Program-made: the position numbers and the translations under genes | In this document: positions 1-14,000 of the stretch, piece by piece | How positions within the stretch are numbered: the first letter of the stretch is position 1 | Layout of the letters: each line of letters begins with the position of its first letter | Notes under the pieces: generated by a model | Database searches by the model: none | What the model was told of the DNA's origin: nothing | What the model saw: only the letters and a program-made list of their open reading frames with translations | NCBI GenBank assembly: GCA_964016885.1 | Contig: OZ024743.1 | Coordinates: forward strand, 337,218,001-337,282,000 | Direction of reading: 5' to 3' | Source of the DNA: Eledone cirrhosa | Taxonomy: Eukaryota | Length of the DNA stretch: 64,000 bases

Positions 1-730
1 ACATCACCAACAGCCCTAAGAACAACACCCCACCAGGGTGCTCTTGCCGTAAGCCCGAAGCTCGTCCCCTTCAACAGCAATGCAACACATCCGTCTGCTG
101 TAGTTTATGAAGCTGTGGTCACTTCCAACCGACCAAATCAACCACAGGAGGTCAAATCCTATGTGGGTATGGCGGAGGGCTGATTTAAAGAATGCTTCCT
201 GAACCTACAATCCGACCTTTAGGTACCCGGACAGACGTTCATCCACGAAACTCGCGAGCCACGTATGGTCCCTCAAGGACTCAAGTATAGACTACTCCAT
301 TCAATGGAAAGTCATCACTAAGTCCAAGCCATACGCAAGAGGCAATCCGTCGTGTGGACTATGTATTGATGAAAGAATAAATATTCTAAAGAGATTACGC
401 AATAGTGATTGCCTAAACACGAGAAATGAATTCTTCACACGTTGTCCACACGTTTGGAAACACCTCTTACATAACTACAAAGCTCCGGATTGAATTACAA
501 CAACATCCTAATTTTCTTATCAACTAAAAACTTTCGGACTTTCGCAGTTATCTCCCTTACACCTCTCGCACGCAATTTAGTATTGCCTGTGTGAAGTGAT
601 CGTTTCTGTGCATGCGCGTTCGAACGGTTGTCCTTCCTGTTCCGTATAACCATGTCCATTACGAGCTGAGGATCCGTAAGGTGAAACAATTGTTCTCAGT
701 ATGGTGAACTAACTGTTGTGTAACGACTTC
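1..730 (+). mobile_element. 3' part of a Penelope-like retroelement (decayed GIY-YIG endonuclease plus 3' UTR with hammerhead), ending in (TA)n
   Basis: Manual translation of 1-493 across frameshifts and a stop gives CSCRKPE..PLQQQCN../AVVYEAVVT..KSYVGMAEG*FKE../STKLASHVWSLKD..YSIQWKVI..KPY..CGLCIDERINI..CLNTRNEFFTRCPH, typical of the C-terminal GIY-YIG of PLEs. HHR at 656-704; TA run from 731. Confidence 0.8.
656..704 (+). ncRNA. Minimal type I hammerhead ribozyme (PLE pLTR type)
   Basis: CCATTACGAG-CTGAGGA-TCCGTAAGGT-GAAAC-AATT-GTT-CTCAGTATGG: core boxes intact, stem I GAG/CTC extended by TAC/GTA and CCA/TGG, stem II CC-GTAA-GG, palindromic stem III ACAATTGT. Confidence 0.75.
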
Positions 731-742
731 TATATATATATA

Positions 743-794
743 TGGAAAAAGATGAGTATTGACTCCCATGTACGTCAATTCTCATCTTTTTCCA
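743..794. repeat. Short inverted repeat/hairpin adjoining (TA)n
   Basis: TGGAAAAAGATGAG-T-ATTGAC (10-nt loop) GTCAAT-T-CTCATCTTTTTCCA. Confidence 0.85.
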
Positions 795-904
795 TTCTCT
801 GAGGCTTCTAAACCCCACTATCAGGCTAAAAATTTCTTTAGTAAAAAATGCGGTGAAAGCTTATATTTCTAATTTCAAACTCGCTCACTGTTTCAAAACA
901 TACT

Positions 905-908
<4 letters not shown>

Positions 909-982
<74 letters not shown>

Positions 983-993
983 TATATAAATAC
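909..993. repeat. (TA)n microsatellite
   Basis: Directly visible dinucleotide run. Confidence 0.95.
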
Positions 994-996
994 ATT

Positions 997-1874
<878 letters not shown>

Positions 1875-1915
1875 ATATATATATATCTGTTATTATCCTT
1901 TATATATATATATAT

Positions 1916-2027
1916 CTGTTATTAATTCTGGCAATATTACGCAAATATGACCCTCCCCAAATATAACAATATCTGTTTCGACACACGATTTCATATAAAA
2001 AACCTCGCAAAACTAATTCATCGCCGC
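1916..2027 (+). mobile_element. Solo 3' tail of the Naiad-like PLE family, inserted in (TA)n
   Basis: Matches 52739-52850 (CTGTTATTAATTCTGGCAATATTACGC...TTCATCGCCGC); flanked by TA runs. Confidence 0.9.
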
Positions 2028-2047
2028 TATATATATATATATATATA

Positions 2048-2362
2048 CAAATAAAGATTCAGCGAGAATCGCATTTTCGGCGGGCAGGAAAAGCGAAGGG
2101 AAACGCAAAAATCAGAAATGATACTGGCAAAGTGCTCAATAGTTAAAAACCAGAGCTAAACAATGTGTTAAGAAGCCATACAAAACTGAAAAGGTGGTCA
2201 AGAAAGCATTAACCACCCAAGCCAAAAACCAAATGGCTTCTTAACACATTGTTTAGCTCTGGTTTTTAACTATTGAGCACTTTGCCAGTATAATTTCTGA
2301 TTTTTGCGTTTCGCTTCGCTTTTCCTGCCCGCCGAAAATGCGATTCTCGCTGAATCTTTATT

Positions 2363-2364
<2 letters not shown>
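2048..2364. repeat. Fold-back insert in (TA)n: 132-bp inverted arms and a 53-nt spacer holding a decayed hammerhead-like fold
   Basis: Arms 2048-2179 and 2233-2364 are near-perfect reverse complements. Spacer plus the start of the right arm reads CTGAAAA-GGTGGTCAA-GAAAGCA-TTAACCACC-CAAGCCA..TGGCT-T-CTT. Confidence 0.85.
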
Positions 2365-2733
<369 letters not shown>

Positions 2734-2946
2734 AAGGAACGCAGACAAACAAAAGCAACAGGCTTCGTTTGCCAACATGACGATCTTTATTCATTTGCAA
2801 TATGTCGGTGTTTCCACTTCTTCCAAACTTGGGAAGAAGTTGTCGTCTGCTTACTTGAAGCTATTTCTGGTTTCCTTTCAAGAAACGTTTTCCAAGCTTT
2901 CTAAACACACACACTGTTGTACATAGCCCTTGTTGTTTTTTCTCTC

Positions 2947-3006
<60 letters not shown>

Positions 3007-3169
3007 CTCTCTCTCTCAATCACTCGCGCTCTATTTATCTTCCTCTCTTCCCCTCTTTCTCTTTACATTTGTGTGTCTGTCTCTATCTCTCTGTCAAAGT
3101 CTCTCTCTCTCTCGTTCTTTCTCTCTCTCTCTCTCTCTCTCTATCTCTATCTATATCTATCTATCTGCC

Positions 3170-3241
<72 letters not shown>

Positions 3242-3494
3242 CCTCTCTCTATCTATCTATCTACCTATCTATCTATCTATCTATCTAATAATCTAGCTGT
3301 CGTCTGTTCTACAGCGTAGATGTAACTCACTTCGCGCAGAAGTTTTGTTCAAATTTATTGCGGAAATTTTGTAAGCTCGCACGCTTTAGTCCCCCCTTCC
3401 TTCCCAACTAACGTCATAGAGAAGGAAGGAAAAAATTAGAATAAAAACAGACGAATCTGCGGAGAAAAAAAATGACGAAAACACAAATCTGGAC

Positions 3495-5220
3495 ATGGAT
3501 TCCAACAACGAAAAAAAAAAATTTGAAAAATTGCATGACAATACTAATAACACAAACAAAGACACAACAAACACAAAAATAACAGTTGAAAGTAACACCA
3601 TATCAGAAAGCAAAGCAGACGACAAGATTTCATTTGGACAGAAAACAAAGAAATCTTTGACTTATATAGCGGAAAATATTTCAGATGTGGCACGAAGGAT
3701 CACAGACGCCAAACAATACATAAGTGAAGGAGAGAATGGTATTTTATCGGTAAAAATGCCTCAAGAATTCACCAAAGACATTGAAAGCCGAACGGTCAAG
3801 TTTCGGACCATCAACAACAGTACAAAAAAACCTGAACAGCCTTCTCAAGCAGATATCAAAACAGTACTCACAGAAGTACTTAATGAAACCACTTTCATAA
3901 GAAAAGACAGACTGTATGGAAGCCTAGCAATTATCATGAAGAACGAATCGGCGGCAAAAAAAATGTGCTTTGTCACCGATTCGTTCGAAAAATTTCACCT
4001 TTTATCCATCTTATATGGGGAAAATAACTCAACGCATATGGCTGGATACAATGATGCCAGATGTGGACTACTGCTGGCTCATAGCTGGCTTCATCGATCC
4101 AGTGAATGACAACGTGATTTCCATTGGGAAAACCACAGGCAATGCGTTCAGTGGAACAGGTATAGAGCTGGTAGTGCAAATGAAGCCTGAACGCATCGCC
4201 CAAATACCCGACAGAATCCTATTAGAGGACCACGGGTATATAAACATTAGCGTGGAGGGGAGAAGGCCGTCCTGCCATATCTGTGCAGGCAGAGGGCACC
4301 TGAAGGCCGCTTGTCCCCAACTCAACAAAAAGAAAACCCTGCTACCAACATCAGCTCCACCACCACCACCACAACAGATAAACAAACAACAAAACTCAGT
4401 CCCACCCAACCCGTCCCTCAGTAAAACCACAACACCACCACAACACAAACAGTCACAACACATTACCCCAAAACAAAATACAGGCCCACCCAACCGCTCA
4501 CTCAATAAAACAACACAACCACCGCAGACACAACACACAACACAGTCTAACATAGTGACATCCATCTCCCCCACAAAGAAAACCAACACGGAAACATTAC
4601 CAGCAAACATACCTCTTCCCTCCAACACTGAAGATAACCCAACGAATTCGGAGGAAGAAACGGAGTCCTTCAGACAGATTAAAAGGAAAAAAAGAAAACA
4701 TGTGCAAAACACACAAGGACAAACAACCCCCACCCAAATCTCAACACAATCCAACAAAACAGGAAACACCCCTCCAGCAACAAACAAAACCAAACCTGCC
4801 CCTCCCTTCTTCGAAACACTCACACCATCCGAAAAAAAGACATTACACTATACTTACATCAACAGAAACAATAATAAATTAAATGAACTCATAAACAATA
4901 ATCCTTCGGTACAAACCGAAGGTGTAAACTTTGTTTCGTCAGAAAACTACCCACATTTAAAATTAATAAAGATCCCAATGAACCTCTACCAAAAAACTAA
5001 AAAAGGATTTTAAGGAGGACGTAGGACCACCCTCTGTCAAACCCATAAACCGCGTCCTACTAAAAAGCTTTCCCCCTCCCCTTCCCCTCCCCAACACAAC
5101 TCCAAACACCCCAACCCACCACACACTGACGACCCCACACCACCACAAGACACCCCTTCACCCAACACCCCCGACCCCATGGAAGTCGTGCAACCCGAAC
5201 CCCGGGAAGCGGAAAGGTAG
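3495..5220 (+). pseudogene. Tx1 copy A ORF1 (gag-like nucleic-acid-binding protein), frameshifted
   Basis: ORFs 3495-4109 and 3970-5013 plus tail ..MEVVQPEPREAER*; zinc knuckle CHICAGRGHLKAAC (CX2CX4HX4C); frameshifts lie at or near A homopolymers. Confidence 0.8.
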
Positions 5221-5253
5221 GTCTCTACACTCTCCTTTGGCTCTGCCGCCCAC

Positions 5254-8200
5254 ATGGATGTGTTAAGAGTAGGATGTTTGAATGCACGTGGCCTGGGCTC
5301 AACTTGGAAGCAAGCAAAGCTTCTAAATGACCTCAGGTCATGTAGTATAAATGTAATGGTTATCTGTGAGACTCGAATCAGCGTCGTGCGGCAGCTGGCC
5401 CCCACCTTCGATGACTTTGAGGTGCATGCATCTCTCTGTCAACCTGGAGGTGGGGGTGGGGTTGTCGTACTGCTGCAAAAACACCTGGGTCTTGCCGTAC
5501 AGGTTGTGCACTCGGACCCGGAGGGTCGTTTGTTGGTGCTAGACGTTGGCAGTAGTGAAAGTGCGGCCTTGAGACTGGTCGCCGTCTACTCCCCTTTCGG
5601 AGCTGAACGGCCCGACTTCTTCCAGCGTTTGGAGACTTTTCTGTGAACGTCGCGTTCCCTGCTTCTAGCGGGGGATTGGAATGACATCCTGGATGCACGT
5701 TGGGACTATGCAGGAGCATGTCCTAATAGAGGGGGGTGTAACAGCCTCAAGGGGTTACTCGACCGTTTTAACTTGGTCGATAGATATCGACTAGATTTTC
5801 CAACTGTGCTAACCTGGACTTGGAGAAACCACAGTGGTCAATCTAGATCGTACTTAGATAGATTCTTAGTTAGAAGTAAGGATAGGGACATATTAAGCTG
5901 TCCAGAAATGCGCACGGTTGGCTACACGGATCACAAATTAGTAACCTGCGTGGTCAATCTCGAGAAAACACATAAACAGGGTCCCGGTTACTGGAAACTT
6001 AATTTGTCTTTACCAGCAAAAGAGACTTACAGAAACCGGATTAGCAGATTAGTTAAGGAGAGGTTGACGGGTGCAATCGTCAACAACCGATGGTGGGCAT
6101 CTCTCAAAAGAGAGATTAGAACAGAATCAATAAGTTATAGCAAGATGTTAGCTGCCGATAGGAATAGAAACGAGAAAGAATTAACAGGTAAATTAGAAGA
6201 GGCAATCAAGAGTGAAGATGTGGCCAGAGTACTGGCATCGAGGACGGCCTTGAACCAGTTTTTCGATGCAAAGCACGAAGGCTGCGTCATTCGAAGTAAA
6301 ATACGTGCTCTAGGTAATGAGGGGGCCAAAGCTGTTAGCTGGGCCCGCGTGACAGAAGCTAAGAGTGGAAATCGATCCACCATCCGGTCGTTGCAAGACG
6401 AGGATGGACGAGTGATCCGGGAGCCTAAGCAGATGTGCGAGGACTTTCAAAGGCACTTTGCCCGATTATTCGGGGGAGGCGAGGGTCCGGGTGGGGACGT
6501 GGATTTCGGTCCATACCTCGATGGCCTGCCGCGTCTCTCGAGCGAAGAGGCAGAGTCCTGCGAGGGACCAATCTCGGCTGATGAGATCGGGGATGCGCTG
6601 AGCCAATGCAGCAGACGCAAATCTCCAGGTCTCGATGGTATACCTTACGAACTTTATTTAGCAATGCCGGTCTTCTTCTCCGAACTCCTCGAAGCGGTCT
6701 ACTGCAATTGGCAGCAGAACGGGAGAATTCCTTGTTCTGTAGCCAAGGGCGTAGTCTCGCTGGTGAGGAAGGACGAGAACATGGGGGATAGTATAAATAA
6801 TTTTCGGCCCATAACCCTGCTAAACACAGAGTTAAAGATTTTGGCCAAGGTGTTAGCAAAGAGGTTGGCGCTTGTCGTGGGTAGCCTGGTGGGAGATGCG
6901 CAGACATGTGCTATCCCATCCAGGTCCATTCACAATAACCTCCACCTCATGCGATACATCATAGAGAGGGTTGGCAACAAACCCGGCTTCGGTGGGGCCC
7001 TGATCAACTTGGATCAGTCTAAGGCCTTCGATAGGGTCGACCATGGTTACCTGGATGCGGTGCTAGCGGCGGCTGGGTTCGGTCCTGTTTTCAGAGGCTG
7101 GATCACTGCCTTACATAGCAACCACATCTGTTCTAGGATCAAGGTGAACGGCTACCTTTCGAAGCCGTTCGAAATCACACGATCCATTCGACAGGGGTGC
7201 CCTCTCTCCTCCCTTCTGTACGTATTGACTCTCGAGCCTTTACTGAGGAAGTTGGAGTTGTTGCAGGGTATCCCCCTGGAACCAGGATTGAGCAAAGCGG
7301 TGTCGGCCTACGCAGATGAGGTAACAGTAATGGTATCGACCGACTCGGAGATCGAGGCGATCGGTACCTTACTGGAGGATTACGAAAGGTCAGGAGCGAA
7401 ACTGAACCGGGAAAAATCCATCGGGCTGCAACTCGGAACGTGGAGAGGCAGACCGATGCCTCCCGACGGTGTCGTCGGACACTGGACGGAGGGCCCGGTA
7501 AAGTTGCTTGGGGTCTGGTTTGGACCGGACCTCCAGGTGGAAAAGAACTGGGACGAGGTTACGAACAAGGTGTTTGCACTAACCCAGAAATGGGCCAAGT
7601 GTAAGTTGTCCCTAAAAGGCCGGGCGGAGGTGGCGAACATTTACATAGCGTCCGTCACTTACTACCGCCTGACTGTCGTGCCTTGCCCTAAGGAAACACT
7701 CACCACCATGGAACGCATGCTCTTCCAATTTCTTTGGAAGAAGCGCCCTCCTATGGTGAGAAGATCCATCTGCTGCCAACAACCTTCGAAAGGAGGGCTG
7801 GGGATGCCGTGGTTGATGATGCGTAGGCACGCATTAAGGCTACGGCACCTACAGGTATTCCTCACTGGTCAACCGGTGTGGGCTCCGTTCGTGAAACGAG
7901 CCTTTCCGAGACTCATCTCGCTCACCGAGCTGCAGTCCTGGGTCAAGCAAAGATCCGGAAAACTGGGAGACTGGCACACTGAGTGTGCTCAGGCGCTCAG
8001 GGCTCTCTGGCAAGCGGGCCAGGCCATCGGTGGAGAATCCACCTCATCATTCTATAGAGGGCTGGTGGCTAGCAGGGGCGATGACACCCTTGGAGAGTCG
8101 CTGGACATGGAAGAGGACGAACTGGCCAGCCTGTTCGGTAGGACTTTCGGCCCGGGACCAATGGACAACTTCCAGAAGTCACTAGCCTGGCAGTGCTACC

Positions 8201-8688
8201 GGGGGGCTCTACCCGTTCGAGAGAGGCTCTACAGACACGGGCGCCCGGGCAGGGATCCATCGAAAAAGATTTGCCCTAGATGCGTGCGTCACGAAGAAAC
8301 CGTTGCGCACGCATTGGTGCAATGTCCGGGCGTGGCTGATCTGTGGGGCTACGCCGAACGACTGCTGTCGCGGGTGGCGCCGATTCGATTGACCGCCGAG
8401 TCCGTGATGACAATCAAACCGCCTCCCCTCTTCACAAAGGAAGCAAAGGCGGTTTTTCTGTGCGTAATAGCCATGTTGAAAGAGGTTGTTTGGTGGACAC
8501 GATTGAAAGTTCTGAGGTCAGGCAACTTCCTCTCTGGTCACAGTCTGGTCTACTTCTTCCGATATCACTTCGGAAGAAGGATAAGAATGCAGAGAGAGGT
8601 GCTTGGCCACAGCCAGTTTTATGAAAGGTGGGTGATAGTGGCGAGAATGGCTCGTGTAAATGGCCCTTCTCTGTATACCATCCTGTAG
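5254..8688 (+). pseudogene. Tx1 copy A ORF2 (APE endonuclease, reverse transcriptase, C-terminal zinc finger) with one premature stop
   Basis: LNARGL, ICET, GDWN, YLDRF, TDHK (APE); KSPGLDG, NFRPITLLN, LDQSKAFDRV, SIRQGCPLS, AYADE (RT; YADD in copies B and F); CPRC..H..C. TGA at 5644-5646 where copy F has GGG; the 5254 and 5773 ORFs share a frame. Confidence 0.9.
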
Positions 8689-9142
8689 GTAAAGAAGTGA
8701 AGGAGAAGGGAGCACCTTCTCCATGTGCTCCCCGGGCAAATGATTGCACACTTTTTCGGGGGGGGGGGGGTGCAACCCCCATCACGTCCCCTCCCTTTTG
8801 AGGTTGTTTTCGATTATTTTCATTTTATACCCTTTTTACTCGATTGTATGTAAACTCCCCCTTTGTATTTGTCCCTTCTTTTTATGTCTTTATGGTAAAT
8901 AAAGAAATATATCTATCTATCTATCTATGTCTCACTCTTTCATTTACCTCCTCTCTCTGGCACTCTCTTTATTTCGATGTCATAGACTCCCCCAATCTGA
9001 TTCATTTTATCTTTCATCTCTGCCTGTCTGTAAATCTTTTGTCAGTCAGTCTGAATGTATGTCTGTCTAGCTATCAGTCTGTCTGTCTGACAGCCAGTCT
9101 GTCTATCTCTCTATCAGTCTGTCAGACTACCAGTCTATCTGT

Positions 9143-11042
9143 CACCTCATGCGATACATCATAGAGAGGGTGGGGTGTAAACCCGGCTTCGGTGGGGCTC
9201 TGATCAATTTAGATCAGTCTAAGGCATTCGATAGGGTCGACCATCGATACTTGGAAGCGGTTCTCAAGGCGGCCGATTTCGGTCCCGTTTTCAGAGGCTG
9301 GATCAAGGCGATGCCCACCAGAATCTGCTCGAGGGTCAAGGTGTACGGCTACCTATCGGAGCCATTCGCAATCACGCGTTCCATTCGACAAGGATGCCCT
9401 CTCTCCTCCATTCTGTATGTATTGACTCTAGAGCCACTACTGCGGAAGTTGGAGCTTTTGCAGGGCATCCCTTTAGAACCGGGACTGCGAAAAGCGGCGT
9501 CGGCTTATGCCGACGACGTGACGGTAATGGTGTCGAAAACCTCGGAAATCGAAGCAACCTACTACAGGAATACGAAAGGTTCACAGGAGCAAAACTGAAC
9601 CCGGACAAGTCTGTCGGTTTGCAACTTGGAACGTGGAGAGGCAAACCGATGCCGTCTGGTTCGGTCCAGACGTCCAGGTGGAGAAAAGCTAGAACGAGGT
9701 CATGGTCAAGGTATTTGCGCTCATCCAGAAGTGAACAGAGTGCAAACTATCTTTGAATGGTCAAGCGGAGGTGGCGAACACTTTCATAGCGTCCGTCATC
9801 TACTACCGCTTGACTGTCGTGCCTTGTCCCCGTGAATACCTCACCAAGATGGAACACATGCTCTTCCAGTTCCTGTGGAAGAAGCAGGCTCCGCTGGTGA
9901 GGAGATCCGTCTGCTGTCAACACCCTTCCAACGGAGGGATGGGCATGTCGTGGCTAATGATGCGCAAACATGCGCTGAGGCTACGGCATCTCCAGGTATT
10001 TCTCACAATCCAACAGGTGTGGGCACCGTTTATGAGACAGGCCTTCCCACAACTTGTCTCGCTGACGGAGCTGCAGTCCTGGGTGAAGCGAAGACCGAAG
10101 AAGATGGGCGCCTGGCACATTGCATGCGCCCAGGCGCTCACAGTCTTCTATCAAGCGGGCACAGCAATCAGTGGAGACTCCACTTCGACATTCTATAGAG
10201 GGTTAGTACTTTACAAGTGCGACGACGTGCTCGGGAAGACTCTAGGCGTCGAAGACGACGTGCTCACCAGTCTGTTCGGTAGGACTTTCCGCCCGGGACC
10301 TATGGACAACTTCCAGAGGTCCCTGGCCTGGCAGTGCTACCGGGGAGCTCTACCCGTTCGAGACAAGATCTACAGGCACGGACGCTCCGGCAGGGATCCT
10401 TCCAAGAGGACGTGTCCAAGATGCGAGCAGGACATTGAAACCGTCCTACACGCAATTGTACACTCCCCAGGCGTAAGCGACATGTGGAACTATGCAGAAC
10501 AACTGCTGTCGCATATGGGACAAATCCAGTTGACTGCCGAGTCCATAGTAAGGATCAAACCGCCAGCCTCTTTCAAAAACGAAAGAGAGACGGTTTTCCT
10601 CTGTACAGTGGCTATGGTGAAAGAGGTTATATGGTGGACAGATGCCTTTCTCTCCGGACAACAATTGATTCCCTTCTTTAAGTATCACTTTAGAAGGAGA
10701 ATCAGAGCGGAGAGGGAGGCACTGCACCCCAGTAAATTTACTGAAAGGTGGGTGAATGAAGCGAAAATGGCCCGAGTGATTGGGCCTTCTCTGTTTATAA
10801 GCCTGTAGGTTAAAGAAGAGAGCAAAAGGAAGAAGGGGGCACTTGCACAACATGCTCCTGAAGTTAAGGGTTGTTCTATCGACGGAGTATTAAACAACCC
10901 ATTTGTGCCCCCTCCCCTATTGGGGATTTCGATTGTTATAATTGTTTGTTTCAATATTTTTACACGACTGTATGTAAAATCCCCGGCATGTATCTTTGTA
11001 TTGTCCCCTTTTCTTGTGCACCCTTGTGGCAAATAAAGAAAT
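9143..11042 (+). mobile_element. 5'-truncated Tx1 copy B (RT to 3' UTR), degenerate
   Basis: Begins at HLMRYIIERVG; QGCPLS and YADD present; ORFs 9149-9598 and 9753-10808; ends AATAAAGAAAT followed by (TATC)n. Confidence 0.9.
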
Positions 11043-11050
11043 ATATCTTT

Positions 11051-11091
<41 letters not shown>

Positions 11092-14000
11092 ATAGTATAG
11101 ACGCTTGCAACATCGGCTCCTGCCTTTTTGAATTTTTTACCTATTAACAGTAAGTGTTTGTTTTTATTGTGTTGTCTTCGTGTATTTTAACCTCCTGGCT
11201 AGGTCTGTAGACGGGTGGTCATCGTATTTTTACCCCTTTTGGGGGTAAAAACTATTCCTAAAAAGTTTTTGTTGACTCGCATGTCAAAAATGGACGCCAT
11301 ATCTGTATCACATTTGAAGGAAAATGCTACGCCCACTAAGGAAGAGAAGAGAAAGAAGCAAGCGGTACATAACGCTTTGCTTTCCCCCCTCAACTTTTTA
11401 AAAGACTCTGAAAACGGCGATATGCCCAACAAACATGTAAATACGGGTGTAAACCCAATTAGTTACACCAAAATTAACAACGAAAACACTAACAATGACA
11501 ACACCAACACACCAAATGAGGAAAACAACAGCAACAAAAATGAAAATAACTCCAACTCCAACACTGAAAAAATTGAAAACTACAATGAGAAACAGAACAA
11601 CTCAAACACCAACAACGATAAAAAAAGTATCCTTTGAACAGACTGCTAAAAAGTCCGTCACTTATATGCTTGAAGATATATCAAACGCAAGAGAAATGCT
11701 GGAAAAAGCAAAACAATAAGTATCTTTTGGCGGAAATGGATATTTTTTCATCAATTCGTCCCCAGAACTTAAAAAACAGACTCAATTAAGAACTGTTGTA
11801 TTCCGTACAATTGCAAACAAAACCAAAAAACCATCACAACCATCTCAATCTGAGATTCAGTTGGTCCTAAAAGAGGCCATGAAGGACATATTATTTATAC
11901 AAAAGGATAAACTCTATTGGAGTTTATCCATATTGATGAAAGACGAATTGGCGGCGAAAAAATACTCTGTGTTGCCAATTCGTTCCACGAACTACACCTT
12001 TTTCCCAACCTACATGTGTATAAAAACACAAAGAATTTGGATCAACACAATCATCCCGAACATTGAATACTGAGGTTACTAACCGGTTTCCTCAACTTAG
12101 ACGAGGACAATTTAATCTCAGTAGGGAAGGCATCCGGCGACGCGTACAATGGAACGGGCATCGAAATTTTGACCTAAATAAGGCCGGAACGTATCGCCCA
12201 AATCCCTGAACGCGTCATGCTGGATGACCGTAACTACCTCAGATCATTGTGGAGGGTAAGCGACCATCCTGTTACCTCTGTGGTGACAGAGGTCACCTGA
12301 GGGCTAACACCTAAAAAAACCTTTGCTACAAACACCACAACAACAAAAACAACCAACACCACCACCACAAAAACAACTAAATACACCACCACCACCACAA
12401 CGACAACAAAAACCAAAAACACCACCTCCGCCGCCACAACAACAACAAAAACGTGAAAAAACAACACAGAACACTGTCCCACCCAACCCCTCCCCACCCA
12501 AAACAAATACAAAAACACACACACCGCAAACACTACCGGAAAATATACCCCTCCCACTCAATACCGGAGACAATCCCCTTTCGTCGCAAGACGAAGGAGA
12601 CCCTTTCCAAGTAGTAAAAAGAAAGAAGAGGAGGCGCACCACAGACACACTTATTAAAATATGAGAAAACAAACTATATACAAAACACCCCTCCCCATTA
12701 CACAACATTAACTGCAACGCAAAAAAAAGACTTTACAATATACATACATGAACACAAGCAACAAAGAATTAATGAAAACAATTTTTGAAAACCCTTCGGT
12801 CCAAACCGATGGGCCTAATTTTGTGACTGCTGTGGGACTACCACATTTAAAAATGGTTAAAGTCCCAATGAACTTATTTAAAACATTAAAAATCAATTTC
12901 ACGGAGGACGTGTCCGTCTCCCCTGCACCAAGCCAATCAACCACGTCCTCCTAAAAAATTTCCCCACCTCCTACACAGACACCCACTCAACTACAAACAC
13001 CCCAACCCCACAACATACTGCTGCTCCTACACTTCCACAAACCACCACCCCACCCAGCAACCCCTCCCCCACTCGCATGGAAATTGTGCAGCCCGGTCCC
13101 CGGGACGCAGAGAGGTAAGTGCCTTTTCTCTTTACCACCAACATGGCTGTGCTGAGAGTAGGTTGTCTAAATGCGCATGGCCTGGGCTCACCTTGTAAGC
13201 AAGCAATGATTCTAAATGACCTCAGGTCACGATGTATAAATGTGATGGTTATTTGTGAGGCCCGGATCAGCAGCGTGCGACAGCTGGCCCCCACCTTTGT
13301 GGACTTTGAGATGCACGCATCTCTCTGTCTCTATGGACGTCCCGCTCCTTGCTTTTAGTGGGGGACTGGAATGTTATCCTAGATGCACGATGGGACTATG
13401 TAGGGGCATGTCCCGATAGAGGGGGTTGTAACAGCCTCAAGGGGTTAATCGGCCGATTTGACCTGGCCGATAGATATCGACTAGATTTTCCGACTGTGCC
13501 AACCTGGACTTGGACAAACCATAGCGGTCAATCTAGATCGTACCTAGATAGGTTCTTAGTTAGAAATAAGGATAGGGACTTTTTAAGTTGTCCAGAAATG
13601 CTCATGGTTGGCTATTCAGACCACAAGTTAGTGACCTGCATAGTCAACTTTGATAGAACGCATATACTGGGACCCGGTTACTGGAAGCTCAACTTGTCCT
13701 TACCGGCAAGTAAAGCTTACAGGGACCGGATTAGTACTTTAGTTAAGGAGCGGTTGACGAGCGCCATCCTCAACAGCAGGTGGTGGGGCTCTCTCAAAAG
13801 AGAGATTAGAGTAGTTTCAATAAGAGTTAGTAAGGAGTTAGCCTCAGATAGAAATAGGAAGGAAAGGGAGTTGGTAGATAGTGTAGAAGAGGCAATTAGA
13901 AGCGGCGACGTAGCCAGAGTGCTAGCGTCGAGAACGGCCTTGGGCCAGTTCTTCGACGCGAAACACGAAGGCTGCGTTGTCCGAAGCAAAATACGTGCTC

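Larger units (their letters stand above)
3288..8908 (+). mobile_element. Full-length Tx1/L1-clade non-LTR retrotransposon, copy A
   Basis: 5' UTR, ORF1 with CCHC knuckle, ORF2 APE-RT-CCHC, 3' UTR ending AATAAAGAAAT directly into (ATCT)n; preceded by (TATC)n. Confidence 0.92.

Noticed and set aside
2048-2364. MITE/DNA-transposon interpretation of the TA-flanked inverted repeats
   Set aside because: In most of these inserts the arms are asymmetric in extent, carry hammerhead motifs and in one case GIY-YIG coding sequence, which fits PLE fold-backs better; not fully excluded for this symmetric case.
3955-3970. Programmed ribosomal frameshift in ORF1
   Set aside because: It lies in an A homopolymer and copy F reads through the equivalent position; mutation or sequencing error.
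4068-4823. 251-aa antisense ORF and other antisense ORFs within the LINE copies
   Set aside because: Shadow frames of A/C-rich ORF1 and GC-rich ORF2; not conserved as ORFs among copies.
5644-5646. Programmed TGA read-through or selenocysteine in Tx1 ORF2
   Set aside because: The position is Gly in copy F (GGG), and copy A also has YADE instead of YADD; simple decay is more likely.
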